64,000 bases of DNA from Nitrospirota bacterium (GTDB taxonomy: Bacteria; Nitrospirota; Nitrospiria; Nitrospirales; NS-4), in the NCBI GenBank assembly GCA_963788195.1, contig CAWBGA010000017.1, forward strand, positions 704,001-768,000, written 5' to 3'. Under the pieces are notes generated by a model. That model saw only the letters and a program-made list of their open reading frames with translations. It was not told the origin of the DNA and did not search any database. Each line of letters begins with the position of its first letter. The first letter of the stretch is position 1. Position numbers and translations under genes: made by a program. This document shows, piece after piece, positions 20,491-29,683 of this stretch.

Positions 20491-22060
20491 TCACTTCAGG
20501 AAAGCCATAAGAATAGAACCGCCGATCAGCAAGGCTGCTATGATGCCGGCCGCGGCCAGCAGGCGGTTGGCGCGCATGACCAGATGTTGGAGTTCATCGA
20601 ACTGGCTCAGTTCTACGCGAATTTTCAGATTCCCGGTCTTCGCCGCATAGATTCCGCGGCGTATCTCCTTGGGCAGGTCGGCGAATAACTCCAAATATTG
20701 CGTGAGAATTTTCAGTCCGCGTTTCCCTAAGGCTTGCGGAGATAACTTGTCGATGACAACCTCATGAAGGATGGGTTGTACCGCGCCCATGATGTCAAAA
20801 CCCGGGTCGAGCTTCTTGAATGCGCCTTCCATCGAGACAAACACTTTGAGCAGCATGGCTTGATCCGGGGGCATCGTGAGCTTGTTGTCTCGGACCAAAC
20901 TCAACAAGTCCCCAACCATGGCCGACAAATCCATGAGGGCCATCGGATTTTCCGGCATATTTGCCGAGAAACTCCTCAACGGCTTCTGACAGGTCCCCTG
21001 GGTCGTCTCCTTCTCTGCCGGACCATTCCAAAAGAACCATGGACAGCCCCTCGGCGTCGTTGTCCAGCAACGCCTGCAGCAGCGTCATAATCTGTCGCCG
21101 TCTGACCTCAGAGACGCGTCCGATCATGCCAAAGTCGATGAAGGCAATGCGTTCACCAGGCAAGATGAAGAAATTCCCCGGGTGCGGATCGGCATGGAAC
21201 AGCCCGTCTATCATGATCATTTTGAGCACCGCACTCGCCCCGGTTTGGGCAATGCGTTTGCGGTCCATTCCGGCCGCATCGATGGCTCGAATGTCCACTC
21301 CAGGGATTCCATCCACAAATTCCTGGACATTGATCCGTTGCCTCGTCCATTCCCAATAGATTTTGGGAATGACGATTTGCTCGTGGCCTTCAAAATTGGC
21401 CGCGACCTGGTCGGCTTGGTGTCCTTCCGTCATGAAGTTGAGTTCATTCTGGAGCGACTTCACGAAGTGCTGGACGACCTTTTGAGGGTGATAGGTGGCC
21501 AACTCAGGCACATGCTTTTCGGCCAACGACGCCAGATGGGCTATCAGGCGCATGTCGGATTCAATTATCGGCCGGATCCCGGGGCGTTGAATCTTGAGCA
21601 CCACTTGCGTCCCGTCCTTCAAGGTCGCCCGGTGAACCTGCGCCAAGGAAGCGGCCGCGAGTGGTGTGGTTTCGACCTCTGCAAAGATCTCTTCGAGCGG
21701 TGCCCCCAGATCTTCCTCGACCTGAGGACGAAGCTCGGCAAAATCCAGCGGGGGGGCTTGCCATTGGAGTTTTTCGAATTCAGTGATCCACTCGGGTCCG
21801 AAGAGGTCAGGGCGAGTCGCAAGAATCTGGCCAAGCTTGACAAAGGTCGGTCCGAGGACTTCAAAAACCCGGCGTACACGTTGGGGATGTTCAAGGTGTG
21901 CGATGTCATCTACGTGCTTCCAACCCATGATCTTGCCTGTGTATTCAGTAGCGACTTCAAGACCCATGTGTTTGAACAGATCCCCGAAGCCGGCAATGCT
22001 GAAGACCCGGATGATTTCGCGCAGCCGATTCAGCTCCGCCATTGTGGATTTGATTGCCAT
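20491..22060 (-). CDS. ABC1/AarF/UbiB atypical kinase; one frameshift near 20950
   Basis: LGPTFVKLGQILATRPD, PLAAASLAQVH, VLKIQRP, FHADPHPGN, IDFGM; C-terminal TM region in ORF 20491-20979. Confidence 0.9.
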
Positions 22061-22120
22061 GATCCAGCTCTAATTCTCGTGACGCGAGACGCTGCCAGAG
22101 ACAGGTCGTCGGGATGAAAT

Positions 22121-22561
22121 TTATGACTTGCCCTTCTGCCTATTGTCACGTCTTGATGGCTGGGCCTTTTTCATCTCAGCACGGGCCTCAGACACTAGGT
22201 CGTCGAATTGCTCACCGGCTTCCGTCAGAGCTTCTTCCGCAGCGCCGTATACGCGGAACGCCTCCTTAATGAGACTTTTTGCGGTGGGCCTAAGTTGCGC
22301 GGCTATGCCTGTATCATTACGATGTTTTTTAGCGCGAGCTATGATCTCCTCCTTGTGCCTATTGTCAGCTCTTGATGGCTGGGCCTTTTTCATCTCAGCA
22401 CGGGCCTCAGACACTAAGTCGTCGAATTGCTCACCGGCTTCCGTCAGAGCTTCTTCCGCAGCGCCGTATACGCGGAGCGCCTCTTTGATGAGACTTTTTG
22501 CGCTGGGGCTAAGTTGCGCGGCTATGCCTGTATCGTTACGATGTTTTTTAGCGCGAGCCAT
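22121..22561 (-). CDS. DUF5132-like amphipathic protein made of two tandem copies
   Basis: (L.P.AKSLIKEA..VY......EAGEQFDDLVSEARAEM) x2; GGAGG RBS. Confidence 0.75.
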   Translation of the reverse strand: MARAKKHRNDTGIAAQLSPSAKSLIKEALRVYGAAEEALTEAGEQFDDLVSEARAEMKKAQPSRADNRHKEEIIARAKKHRNDTGIAAQLRPTAKSLIKEAFRVYGAAEEALTEAGEQFDDLVSEARAEMKKAQPSRRDNRQKGKS

Positions 22562-22571
22562 GATCTCCTCC
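22137..22571. repeat. Near-identical tandem duplication, period 219 bp
   Basis: 22137-22352 and 22356-22571 align almost base for base, including the RBS. Confidence 0.92.
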
Positions 22572-22700
22572 GTAAACTGTTTTCACTAACATAGTCCAAT
22601 AGGATTTGTTTTTTAGCTATTCCTATAAAGCCCTAGCAATTGTCCATGACACATGGCAGTGCGACATTCCATGCTGATCTCCTATCTCATGCGGGTTTTG

Positions 22701-22928
22701 CTAGGGCTGGCGTAACGGAATCGCGGCGTAACGCGTCGAATCAGCGAACCCATCCCATCTGTCCTGTTCTTTCATCCCGCCAAGCCTGAGTGAAGAAAGC
22801 TTCGCCCTGGGCTTCCCGTGCAGCCAGTACATGATGAGCAGGATGAACAGAAGCACGACGACTTGCGCGATCGCAAGCGCCAGGCTTCCAGCGCGTATCA
22901 AGAACTGAGTCAGGAGCTTGGGTCTCAT
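22701..22928 (-). CDS. Small single-TM membrane protein
   Basis: AAGGAG RBS; hydrophobic LALAIAQVVVLLFILLIMYW; first gene after a sigma54 promoter. Confidence 0.55.
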   Translation of the reverse strand: MRPKLLTQFLIRAGSLALAIAQVVVLLFILLIMYWLHGKPRAKLSSLRLGGMKEQDRWDGFADSTRYAAIPLRQP

Positions 22929-22986
22929 GGTGTTCTCCTTCGACCGGGGATCTCCGTCCGAGCATTCCTTTCACTCAAAAAGTGGA

Positions 22987-23143
22987 GCAAAGGCTGTTCC
23001 AAAGAGTGGCCGAAACTAAACTCGTCACTAAACTGCTTGAAGAATTGAGGTGCTGGTCTCGACAGCCGTCGAGATCGCTGATTGGGACTATGAATGGGCG
23101 AATGTGCTGTGCCGATATTTCGGCAACTGCCAAAATGTCGGCA
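22987..23143 (-). promoter_or_regulatory. Sigma54 promoter + weak IHF-like site + tandem enhancer upstream of the membrane protein/DUF5132/ABC1 genes
   Basis: TGGAAC-AGCCT-TTGC (minus, 22987-23001); AAACTGCTTGAAG (~23030-23042); tgccga-tatt-tcggca (23110-23125) and tgccaa-aatg-tcggca (23128-23143). Confidence 0.82.
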
Positions 23144-23187
23144 GCAGCGGACACTTCTCCAAGACTAAGCAGAAGGATTCGTCGGGC

Positions 23188-25026
23188 TTACCACTGCTTC
23201 TGTCCAAGCGCGCGGTCGAGATTAAAGGCCGCGCTGATCAAGGCGATATGCGTGAAGCCCTGGGGAAAGTTGCCCAGGGCTTCGCCGCTTGGTCCCGTTT
23301 GTTCGGCATATAGTCCGAGGTGGTTCGCATACCCCAGCATTCGTTCGAACAGCAATCGCGCCTCGTCGACCTTCTTGCGTTCGATCCTGCCGGCGCGCGT
23401 TAGGGCCTCTACCAGCCAGAATGTGCATATATTGAAGGTGCCTTCATCGCCCGTCAGCCCATCCTCTCCCTTTGCTGCGTCGTACCTGTACACCAAACCG
23501 TCGTTCACCAAGCCGCCCTCGCTAGATCCTCGGTTAATAGTCTCGATCGTCTTTAGCATCCGGGGGTCGGTAGGAGACATGAAAAAGACTAGCGGCATGA
23601 TCAGGTTCGAGGCATCCAGGGACTCGCTGTCGTAGTGCTGGACAAACGCTTGACGCTTTTCGTTCCATCCTTTGAGTATCACCTCTTCATAGATTTTGTC
23701 ACGGGCGTCAAGCCAGCGGGAGCGCTCGGCCGGGAACGATCGCTTCTCAGCCAAGCGCACGCCGCGGTCGAGGGCCACCCAACACATGACCTTCGAATAG
23801 ACGAAGTGGCGTCGCCCGCCACGAACCTCCCAGATCCCCTCGTCCGGGAACTGCCAATGGTCGCACAGCCAATTGAGCCTCCGCCTTACCCGACTCCACA
23901 CATCGTAAGAGATCGGCATGACGTGTTTGTTGTAGAGGTACAGCGAATCCAGCAGTTCACCATAGATGTCCAACTGTAGTTGAGAGTACGCTCCATTACC
24001 GATCCGAACAGGTCGTGAGCCTTTGTACCCTTCCAAATGGTCGAGCGTTTGCTCGTTTAGATCTCGGCGGCCATCGATGCCATACACGATCTGAAGCGGC
24101 GAATCCCCATTGTCGTCCAGACTCAGGGTTTCCATCCACTTCATGAAATCGGTCGCTTCCGTCCTAAAACCGATCCGCAGGAGGGCGTAGAGGCTAAAGG
24201 CAGCATCCCTGAGCCACGTGTATCGATAGTCCCAATTTCGCCCGCCACCGATCATCTCGGGCAGACTACACGTTGGGGCGGCGATGATCCCTCCCGTGGG
24301 TTCAAACGTGAGCAGCTTGAGGACGAGCGCCGAGCGGTAGACCATCTCGCGCCACCGTCCGGCGTAAGTGCATTGCGAGAGCCAGCGGTGCCAAAACTCG
24401 ACCGTGCCCTCGAAGAGCTCCTGCGCTTCGCCCTCGGAAGGACACCATCCACACCCTTCATCAGGCTGGATGCTCCTAAGACCGAAAATCGCGCTTTGCC
24501 CTTCCTGCAGGGTAAAGGTCGCCTCAACACCTTCTCGCACACCTATAAGTGGGATGTCGGTGGCTAGACCTAAACTGAGCTGCAAGGAGTGGAAAGTCAC
24601 GCCCTGCTTGTGGATCCTGACGTCATGAGGCGCGCGGGCGTAGTCGAAGGCCGGATGACATTGCATCCGAAACTCCAAACTTCCGCGGATGCCCTTGACC
24701 CGTCGAATTAGTTGATTCTGCCAGGAGGACCTCCCGGCGAAGCTTACGGGCATGAAATCCTGAATCTCGCCGACGCCGTCCGGTGAGAGGAACCGCGTGA
24801 TCAAAATGTTCGTGTCCGGCCAATAGAGCTGTTTGGTAGTGGTCCCTTCGCGTACGGGAGCGATTTGGAAGCGGCCCCCCTTTTTATCATCGAGGATGGC
24901 GCCAAAGACACTCGGGGAGTCGAAGTGGGGGAAGCAGAACCAGTCGATCGAGCCGTTCAGGCCGATCAAGGCCACCGTTCGCATATTGCCGATGATGCCG
25001 TAGTTCTGAATCGGCTGATAGGTCAT
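23188..25026 (-). CDS. Glycoside hydrolase family 15 (trehalase/glucoamylase-like)
   Basis: [65 protein letters not shown]. Confidence 0.93.
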   Translation of the reverse strand: MTYQPIQNYGIIGNMRTVALIGLNGSIDWFCFPHFDSPSVFGAILDDKKGGRFQIAPVREGTTTKQLYWPDTNILITRFLSPDGVGEIQDFMPVSFAGRSSWQNQLIRRVKGIRGSLEFRMQCHPAFDYARAPHDVRIHKQGVTFHSLQLSLGLATDIPLIGVREGVEATFTLQEGQSAIFGLRSIQPDEGCGWCPSEGEAQELFEGTVEFWHRWLSQCTYAGRWREMVYRSALVLKLLTFEPTGGIIAAPTCSLPEMIGGGRNWDYRYTWLRDAAFSLYALLRIGFRTEATDFMKWMETLSLDDNGDSPLQIVYGIDGRRDLNEQTLDHLEGYKGSRPVRIGNGAYSQLQLDIYGELLDSLYLYNKHVMPISYDVWSRVRRRLNWLCDHWQFPDEGIWEVRGGRRHFVYSKVMCWVALDRGVRLAEKRSFPAERSRWLDARDKIYEEVILKGWNEKRQAFVQHYDSESLDASNLIMPLVFFMSPTDPRMLKTIETINRGSSEGGLVNDGLVYRYDAAKGEDGLTGDEGTFNICTFWLVEALTRAGRIERKKVDEARLLFERMLGYANHLGLYAEQTGPSGEALGNFPQGFTHIALISAAFNLDRALGQKQW

Positions 25027-25033
25027 AGTAGCC

Positions 25034-25432
25034 TCAGCGCTGCGGCGCGTCTTTGCCGAGCGCAGCGTCGACGCTCCAAATACCTGAGCCTCGCGCTGAG
25101 ATGTACAAGAAGACGAAGCAATACAATGCTGCGAGTTCCCCCTTGTTTTGAATGGGAAAGAGCGCTTGGGTGCCATGTGCCATCCAATAGGCAAAGGCCA
25201 TGAGACCGCTGCACAGGAATGCCGCCCACCCCGTGTAGAGGCCGACCATGACTAGAATTCCTCCCACCAGCTCGATGGGACTGGCAATGTAAATTATAAA
25301 TGGGGGCACGCCGGGCGGAGGTGCAACAGGAAACGCAAACAGCTTCTGAGTCCCGTGCCACAGAAATAACAGACCGGTGACAATGCGCATCATTGCGTAT
25401 GTTTGCGGAACGAACCGTTGCATGAATGTCAT
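25034..25432 (-). CDS. DoxX family membrane protein
   Basis: [46 protein letters not shown]. Confidence 0.88.
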   Translation of the reverse strand: MTFMQRFVPQTYAMMRIVTGLLFLWHGTQKLFAFPVAPPPGVPPFIIYIASPIELVGGILVMVGLYTGWAAFLCSGLMAFAYWMAHGTQALFPIQNKGELAALYCFVFLYISARGSGIWSVDAALGKDAPQR

Positions 25433-25547
25433 AGTTCCTCCTGTTGCGGATATCGATGCTGTCACCCGCTCGACCACTCCGGTAACGGCAAAAACTCAGA
25501 GAAAGACTCCAGGCCCAAGAGTCAATGGCCAGTAACTGCGGTCCTAC

Positions 25548-26594
25548 TTAGCCAAGCCACTCAGGGTGAGTGGCGGTGCTGTCGAACTTCGGCGTCGTCT
25601 TGAATTGCTCATACCCTCCATCCGCGGCGGCCTGTGCCGTGCGTTTGAGAAGGGCCGTTGACTGCGCCTGGGTCAACGGCTTGAAGGTCCTGACCGCTTC
25701 CAGGGCCTGGTCTAGAATCTGCATGCTCTCGATGCCCGTGATGACCACAGAGGTCGGCAGACTCATTGCATAGTGCAGGCATTGAATCGGGTTCACCACT
25801 CCACTGTCTAGAATGATCTTGTCGCCCATCGACTTCATGCCGAGCACCCCAATCTGTTCCTTAACGAGCAGAGGCACAACCTGATGCTGAAAGCTCCGAA
25901 AATGCGCGTCCATGAGATTCAGAGGCATCTGAACGGCGTCAAAACGATAGCCATGTTTCTTGGCGACCTCCAACATCCTTAGATGAACCAGAGGGTCTTT
26001 ATGCCCCGTGAAGCCAATGTAACGGATCTTGCCGGACTTTTGCGCGTCGAGCAGGGCATCCTGAGCGCCATCCTCAGCGAAGATGCGGTCGGGATCCTCC
26101 AGGCGAATGACCTCATGATGCTGGAGCAGATCGATATGGTCCGTCTGCAGCCGCTTGAGGGAATCCTCGATCTGCTTGGCGGCCTCTTTCTTTGTACGGC
26201 CGTCAATTTTGGTCATCAGAAAGACCTTCTCTCGATACCCGTCCTGGAGAGCCTTGCCCATGCGGATCTCGCTGCCCCCGTCATGGTAATCCCAACTGTT
26301 GTCCATGAAGGTGATCCCGTGGTCGATTGCGCGCCGGACAATGCCGATGCCCTCCTGCTCGTCACTTGGCCGTCCAATGTGATGTCCGCCGAGTCCGATG
26401 AGGGAAACCTGTTCGCCTGTACGCCCGAGGGTTCGGTAGAGCATGTCCCCTTTGCGCACCGACGCAGGGGTCGGTATACGCACCCTAGATGGCCGGGCCG
26501 CGGCAGCTGATTGGCCGGCCAGGACGCCGAATCCTGCGCCCGCACCCGCCAGGGAGACACTGAGCTTTAGAAAAGTTCGTCGGGTACTGTCCAT
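25548..26594 (-). CDS. Aldo/keto reductase with Tat signal
   Basis: TRRTFLK; YRTLGRTG; DNSWDY; FLMTK; SLKRLQTDHIDLLQHH; GKIRYIGFTGH. Confidence 0.9.
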   Translation of the reverse strand: MDSTRRTFLKLSVSLAGAGAGFGVLAGQSAAAARPSRVRIPTPASVRKGDMLYRTLGRTGEQVSLIGLGGHHIGRPSDEQEGIGIVRRAIDHGITFMDNSWDYHDGGSEIRMGKALQDGYREKVFLMTKIDGRTKKEAAKQIEDSLKRLQTDHIDLLQHHEVIRLEDPDRIFAEDGAQDALLDAQKSGKIRYIGFTGHKDPLVHLRMLEVAKKHGYRFDAVQMPLNLMDAHFRSFQHQVVPLLVKEQIGVLGMKSMGDKIILDSGVVNPIQCLHYAMSLPTSVVITGIESMQILDQALEAVRTFKPLTQAQSTALLKRTAQAAADGGYEQFKTTPKFDSTATHPEWLG

Positions 26595-26792
26595 AAGACC
26601 TCTCCAGAATCATTCCAATCTGAATCGGCCCCCGAAGCCTGGGCAGCTATGCCAGTTATCTAGATGGCCTGCTGACATTCGGAGCCTTGAAATAGTGTAT
26701 GTCAAGATGAGTCCCGGCTCTATAGGAGCATCGGAGGAGGTTATACCCTACGATCGATTAGAGTTGCGGTGATCCTGAAACAACCGGAGAAG

Positions 26793-28319
26793 TTATGTGG
26801 ACAGACGAGGAGGGCCGACGTCTCTAAAGCGACTTCGCGGAAAGGAATCACGCGGAATATCAGGCGCGGCCTGTTTTAACGCCACCGTTTTTTCATAGAG
26901 CTGGACGTATTCTCGCGCAGATTGTTCCCACGAAAAATCCTGCCGCATTCCTCTCCGCATCAGCCGCTTCCACTCGTCTTCATCGCGGAATACCTGGAGC
27001 GCCAGAAGGATCGTGCTGTAGAGAACTTCTGCATGAGGTGACTCAAAGACAAAGCCGGTGCCTTTGCCCTTTTTGTCACCGGGTCGATAGGGCGCCACGG
27101 TGTCCGCCAGGCCACCTGTCTTCCGAACAATCGGCACGGTGCCGTAAGTAAGGCTGTAGAGCTGATTCAGCCCGCAGGGTTCGTAGCGAGAGGGCATCAG
27201 GAACAGGTCAGCGCCGGCTTCAATACGGTGCGCCAAGCCCTCATCGAAACCGAGGCGAGCGACGAACTTCCCCTGGAAGCGTTCCTGCAGGACCGTCAAT
27301 GCTTTCTCCGAGACGGGATCGCCGCTGCCGAGCAGGACCATCTGTACGTCGAGGTCCAACAGCTCCGGGAGGATGTCCAGAATGAGGTCGATTCCTTTCT
27401 GCGCAACAAGCCGTGTGACGACGCCGATCACGGGTACCTTACGCGACGGCAGTTTCATCTCACGTTGAAGCGATGCCTTACATGTCCTTTTACCGGCTGG
27501 GTCCTTCGCGGAGTACCGTGCGGGCAAGTATGTATCCGTCGACGGATTCCACTGCTCATAGTCGATGCCGTTAATGATGCCGAACAACCTCTCCTTGCGG
27601 GTCTGCAGCACCCCTGCCAGGCCGTACCCGAGCTCTGCCGTTTGAATTTCACGGGCGTACGTGGGACTCACGGTGTTCAACATATCTGCATCTACGATTC
27701 CGCCCTTGAGCAGATTCACCTGACCAAAGAACTCCAGCCGATCCGGCGTGTACTCTGACCATGGCAGCCCGGTCACTAAAAACTCCATCGCCGGAAAGAT
27801 TCCCTGATAGCCGAGATTGTGGATCGTAAATAAAGCGCGGCAGGAATCCCACCACTTGTCGTTCTGATACAGGGTCTTCAGATACACCACAGCAAGCGCA
27901 GCCTGCCAGTCATGCGCATGCAGCACGTCAGGCTTCCAATTCAGTGCGCGACAGACCTCCAAGGCAGCTCGAGAAAACAGGGCAAATCGCGCGAGATTAT
28001 CCGGGTAATCACGTCCTGGCTCGCCGTAGAGGGCCGGCCGGTCGAAGAAAGGATCGTATCGCACCAGGATGAGAGGGACATCGTTCAGCGTTCCCGTCTC
28101 GATGGTGATCTCGATGGGCACAGGTGTGGCCGGTATTGGGAGTGTGCGAATTTCGGCCAGGTCTTTGACCAGATCGCCGACGTCTTTATAGCGCGGCAGC
28201 ACCAACCTGACATCGTGCCCGAGGCAGACAAGCTCCCGCGAGAGAGCTCCTACGACGTCCGCCAGTCCACCCGTCTTGGCAAGAGGAACCGCCTCGCTCG
28301 CTACCATCAAGATCTTCAC
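26793..28319 (-). CDS. glgA: Glycogen synthase
   Basis: KTGGLADV, HAHDWQ, FTIHNLGYQG, MPSRYEPCGLNQLY, TGGLADTV. Confidence 0.96.
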   Translation of the reverse strand: MKILMVASEAVPLAKTGGLADVVGALSRELVCLGHDVRLVLPRYKDVGDLVKDLAEIRTLPIPATPVPIEITIETGTLNDVPLILVRYDPFFDRPALYGEPGRDYPDNLARFALFSRAALEVCRALNWKPDVLHAHDWQAALAVVYLKTLYQNDKWWDSCRALFTIHNLGYQGIFPAMEFLVTGLPWSEYTPDRLEFFGQVNLLKGGIVDADMLNTVSPTYAREIQTAELGYGLAGVLQTRKERLFGIINGIDYEQWNPSTDTYLPARYSAKDPAGKRTCKASLQREMKLPSRKVPVIGVVTRLVAQKGIDLILDILPELLDLDVQMVLLGSGDPVSEKALTVLQERFQGKFVARLGFDEGLAHRIEAGADLFLMPSRYEPCGLNQLYSLTYGTVPIVRKTGGLADTVAPYRPGDKKGKGTGFVFESPHAEVLYSTILLALQVFRDEDEWKRLMRRGMRQDFSWEQSAREYVQLYEKTVALKQAAPDIPRDSFPRSRFRDVGPPRLST

Positions 28320-28325
28320 GGAATG

Positions 28326-28688
28326 TTACTCGGAAGGCTTGAATTGGAAGTAAAACTTCTTGCCCCAGCCGGCGAGTTGATCGGTCATGAACCCCAAGGG
28401 GAGGGCAGTCCGCCCATTATCGCGCGTGATCGTATCGCCACCCAAAGGCCCGCCCTGCAGGAACCCTTTGTCGGCCGTCTCGAAAAATACGAAGAGGATG
28501 GCCTGGCCCTGGAAGTTCACCCATTCTATCGAGTCCGGCTGTCCAAAGGACTGCACGACCTCGGGCAGCGTCATCCCTTTCTTGAGCACAGATCGATCAA
28601 CGACCGCCCAGGACAGAGGCGCGCAGACACCGCTCCAGAGCGCGAGCACAAGGAAGATTTTGAACACTGCGTTCCCCATGATTACCAT
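28326..28688 (-). CDS. Small secreted hypothetical protein (SmpA/OmlA-like start)
   Basis: Signal peptide; LKKGMTLPEVVQSFGQPD. Confidence 0.6.
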   Translation of the reverse strand: MVIMGNAVFKIFLVLALWSGVCAPLSWAVVDRSVLKKGMTLPEVVQSFGQPDSIEWVNFQGQAILFVFFETADKGFLQGGPLGGDTITRDNGRTALPLGFMTDQLAGWGKKFYFQFKPSE

Positions 28689-29683
28689 TCAGGCCCGATA
28701 TCGCGCAACATCGTCAGGGTGGTGTCGGCAAGCTGAGCCAGTTTTTTCTCTGTGACCGGCGTACGACGGAACCCCGAGAGCGGACTCTGATCAATAAGGT
28801 CGGGCTTGAGCGGAATCTCGTAGGCGCCATCGATCAGCAGGCGTTGGCCTTCGGGAGACAGGGTAAAATCGATAAACCTCTTCGCCGGCTCCTCATTCGG
28901 GGCCCCTTTCACGAGCGCGATCGCATTGAGATTCAGCATGGTTCCAAGCCCGCCCTCTTCCTGGTCGGGATAGACGACGCCGACTGGATAGCCCTCCTTG
29001 CGGGCCAAAAAGTAATTTGGCGAGTTGGTCAGGCCCACGGTAAACTCTCCACGGCCCACCCCCTGCCAGACATCGGTATTGTCGGGAACGATGCTCAATC
29101 CGTTCTGATACAGCCTCGTCAGGAAGTCGCGCGTAAACCGTTCACCTTTCGACGCAATCAGCGACGATACCCACGATAACGTTGTGCGTTCCCGTGTGCC
29201 GGCAATCACGATTTTCCCCTTCCATATGGGATCTGTCAACTGAAAGACGGACCGAGGTATGTCGTTGGCGGCAACCAATTTCGTGTTGTAGATGATGACC
29301 CGGATGCGAGACGAAATACCGGTCCAACGACCGCCGTTGTCTTTCAAACCTGGTTCCAATTCTTGCGCGGCAGGCGATAGATACGGCTCGAGAATGTTAT
29401 GTTGCGCCAGGATTTCCATAATGCCGGATTCCGTCGAAATAAAGACATCACTCCGCGGCCTCGCCTTCTCCTGAATGAGCTCATTGGCGAGACCCGACGT
29501 CTTGCCGACCTTAAGCCGCACGGTGATGCCGGTCGTTTTCTCAAAAGCCTTCACCACGGGCTTGATGGCACTCTCCTTGCGACCCGAATAGACCACGATG
29601 TCATCCGACGCCAACACCTGCGCCCAACTGGGCACGCCGACCCATTGCAACCCAAGCAACCCGACGACTAGAAGCGCCCTCAC
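28682..29683 (-). CDS. Iron(III) ABC transporter substrate-binding protein (AfuA/FutA-like)
   Basis: VYSGRKE, FEKTTGI, RVIIYNT, LTDPIWKGK, AYEIPL; GTG start overlaps the relA stop. Confidence 0.85.
   Translation of the reverse strand: MRALLVVGLLGLQWVGVPSWAQVLASDDIVVYSGRKESAIKPVVKAFEKTTGITVRLKVGKTSGLANELIQEKARPRSDVFISTESGIMEILAQHNILEPYLSPAAQELEPGLKDNGGRWTGISSRIRVIIYNTKLVAANDIPRSVFQLTDPIWKGKIVIAGTRERTTLSWVSSLIASKGERFTRDFLTRLYQNGLSIVPDNTDVWQGVGRGEFTVGLTNSPNYFLARKEGYPVGVVYPDQEEGGLGTMLNLNAIALVKGAPNEEPAKRFIDFTLSPEGQRLLIDGAYEIPLKPDLIDQSPLSGFRRTPVTEKKLAQLADTTLTMLRDIGPEW

Noticed and set aside
22137..22571. CRISPR array or IS element
   Set aside because: Only two long coding copies with no spacers. 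No CRISPR array, cas, transposase, integrase, tRNA or rRNA was recognised anywhere in the window.
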